Source: PVC group bacterium
Lineage (GTDB): Bacteria > Auribacterota > Erginobacteria > Erginobacterales > Erginobacteraceae
Length of the DNA: 64,000 nucleotides
NCBI GenBank assembly: GCA_043804695.1
Contig: JAZDIV010000048.1
Span: 1-64,000 of the forward strand
Reading direction: 5' to 3'
Numbering within the stretch: position 1 is the first letter of the stretch; every line of letters starts with the position of its first letter. Under the pieces are notes generated by a model. The model was given only the letters and a program-made list of their open reading frames with translations, made no database searches and was not told the DNA's origin. Shown piece by piece: positions 62,881 to 64,000 of this stretch. Position numbers and translations under genes: made by a program.

Positions 62881-63789
62881 ATGAAAATAATCTCCTGTAT
62901 CTTGCTCTGGATCTTTTTTCTCCTTCCCACGATCAGGGCGGAAGATAACAGCGCTCTGGAGCTGCATTTCATCGACGTCGGTTACGGGGACGCCATCCTG
63001 ATCAAATCCCCTTCGGGGCGATTCGCCTTGATCGACACCGGGTATCCGGAAGCCGCCGGCCGTGTATCCGCCTACCTCAGGGAGAGGAATGTCGAAACGC
63101 TTGATCACCTGATCATCACCCACCCGCATCCCGACCATCTGGGAGGAGCGGCCGGTCTGCTGAAACAATTCCGGGTTGAGCAAATATACGACAACGGCCA
63201 GAAAATCGATCAATTTGATGAAAGGCTGACCGTGTCCAGGGGCCGAGAATACGAAAGATCGGTCCGGGAACGGGAGTCGTACCGGGTGCTAAAGGCGGGT
63301 GACACGATTCAATGGGATGGGGTCTCCCTGGAAGTCCTCTGGCCCCCGGACACCCGGGCGGGAAGAGACTGGAACGCGAACTCGCTGTCAATCATGCTTT
63401 GCTATGACGGTTTCCGGGCGTTCCTGGCGGCCGACAACAATACGGTCAGCGAACAGGAACTCTTGAAAAAGGGCGAACAGGCCCTGAAAGCCGGCCTTCT
63501 GAAAGTCGGCCACCATGACGCCGGGGACGCCACCGGGCCGGCGTTTCTCCGCGCGGTTTCCCCCCGCTGGGCGGTCGTCTCGGTCGGAGAGAGCCCCTGG
63601 AACTATCCCTCGCCGGCGGTGCTGCGCCGGCTGGAGGGTCAGTGCGAGCGGGTCTTCCGGACCGACCGGGACGGGAACATTATCGTCATGATTCTCCCTT
63701 CCGGGGAAATCCGGACAATAAAGACCAGCCGGAGTAGTGTGCCCGTATGGCACTGCATCGATACCGGCTCCGGCATTGTTCAAAATTAA
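62881..63789 (+). CDS. Exported ComEC/Rec2-type MBL hydrolase
   Basis: FIDVGYGDA, LIDTG, THPHPDHLGG, LKVGHH, RTDRDG. Confidence 0.88.
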   Translation: MKIISCILLWIFFLLPTIRAEDNSALELHFIDVGYGDAILIKSPSGRFALIDTGYPEAAGRVSAYLRERNVETLDHLIITHPHPDHLGGAAGLLKQFRVEQIYDNGQKIDQFDERLTVSRGREYERSVRERESYRVLKAGDTIQWDGVSLEVLWPPDTRAGRDWNANSLSIMLCYDGFRAFLAADNNTVSEQELLKKGEQALKAGLLKVGHHDAGDATGPAFLRAVSPRWAVVSVGESPWNYPSPAVLRRLEGQCERVFRTDRDGNIIVMILPSGEIRTIKTSRSSVPVWHCIDTGSGIVQN

Positions 63790-63835
63790 CCCGATTTATT
63801 CCTGCCTGCCGGCAGGCAGGAATAAATCGGGTTAA
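63786..63835. repeat. Perfect 50-bp palindrome
   Basis: TTAACCCGATTTATTCCTGCCTGCC|GGCAGGCAGGAATAAATCGGGTTAA. Confidence 0.9.
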
Positions 63836-63859
63836 GGTTAACAGCCAAGGCTGACCTCA

Positions 63860-64000
63860 ATGAAACGTACGATAAAAATTATTATCTTCGCTTCCTTTAT
63901 TCTTGGGATTGCGTTACTGCTAACCGCATTGGTATACCGCGGTGAATTGCTCGGGCATTTCCATGCCCGGGCCGGCATCTCCGATCTAAGGAACGGGAAT
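63860..64000 (+). CDS. 5' part of a membrane-anchored protein (runs off the window)
   Basis: MKRTIKIIIFASFILGIALLLTALVYRG... open to the window end. Confidence 0.6.
   Translation, partial: MKRTIKIIIFASFILGIALLLTALVYRGELLGHFHARAGISDLRNGN

Overview
GC-rich bacterial chromosome segment made mostly of housekeeping genes on the - strand: fabF-acpP-fabG-fabH-rpmF-yceD-coaD-rsmD-recG, secDF-yajC-tgt-queA-queH-ruvBAC-yebC, an EF-G paralog, efp, a complete 16S-tRNA(Ile)-tRNA(Ala)-23S-5S operon, tyrS, rpsA, cmk, an aromatic amino-acid cluster using archaeal-type AroA'/AroB', scpAB, trpS, cca, xerD and radC. Protein signatures suggest a PVC-related lineage (inference only). The unusual content is mostly non-coding. 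(1) A family of interchangeable 100-350 bp intergenic cassettes shares two conserved ends (ATAAATTAGCGCC-hairpin ... TTATTGAAATTCCGAAACAG). They sit a few bases upstream of start codons, all in one orientation. They occur singly and once as a three-unit tandem array (41221-41673), and one type carries a conserved sigma70-like promoter. (2) Three different MITE shells carry the same RPE-like palindrome, and one insertion rewrote a protein C-terminus. (3) Repeat-like hairpins lie inside the 23S rRNA. Unusual proteins include an apparent secretin-N(NolW)-like x2 + TM + LL-H-holin-like fusion, a response regulator with duplicated transposase-like HTH domains, and an archaeal-like nucleotidyltransferase. 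All calls are by eye and no searches were run.
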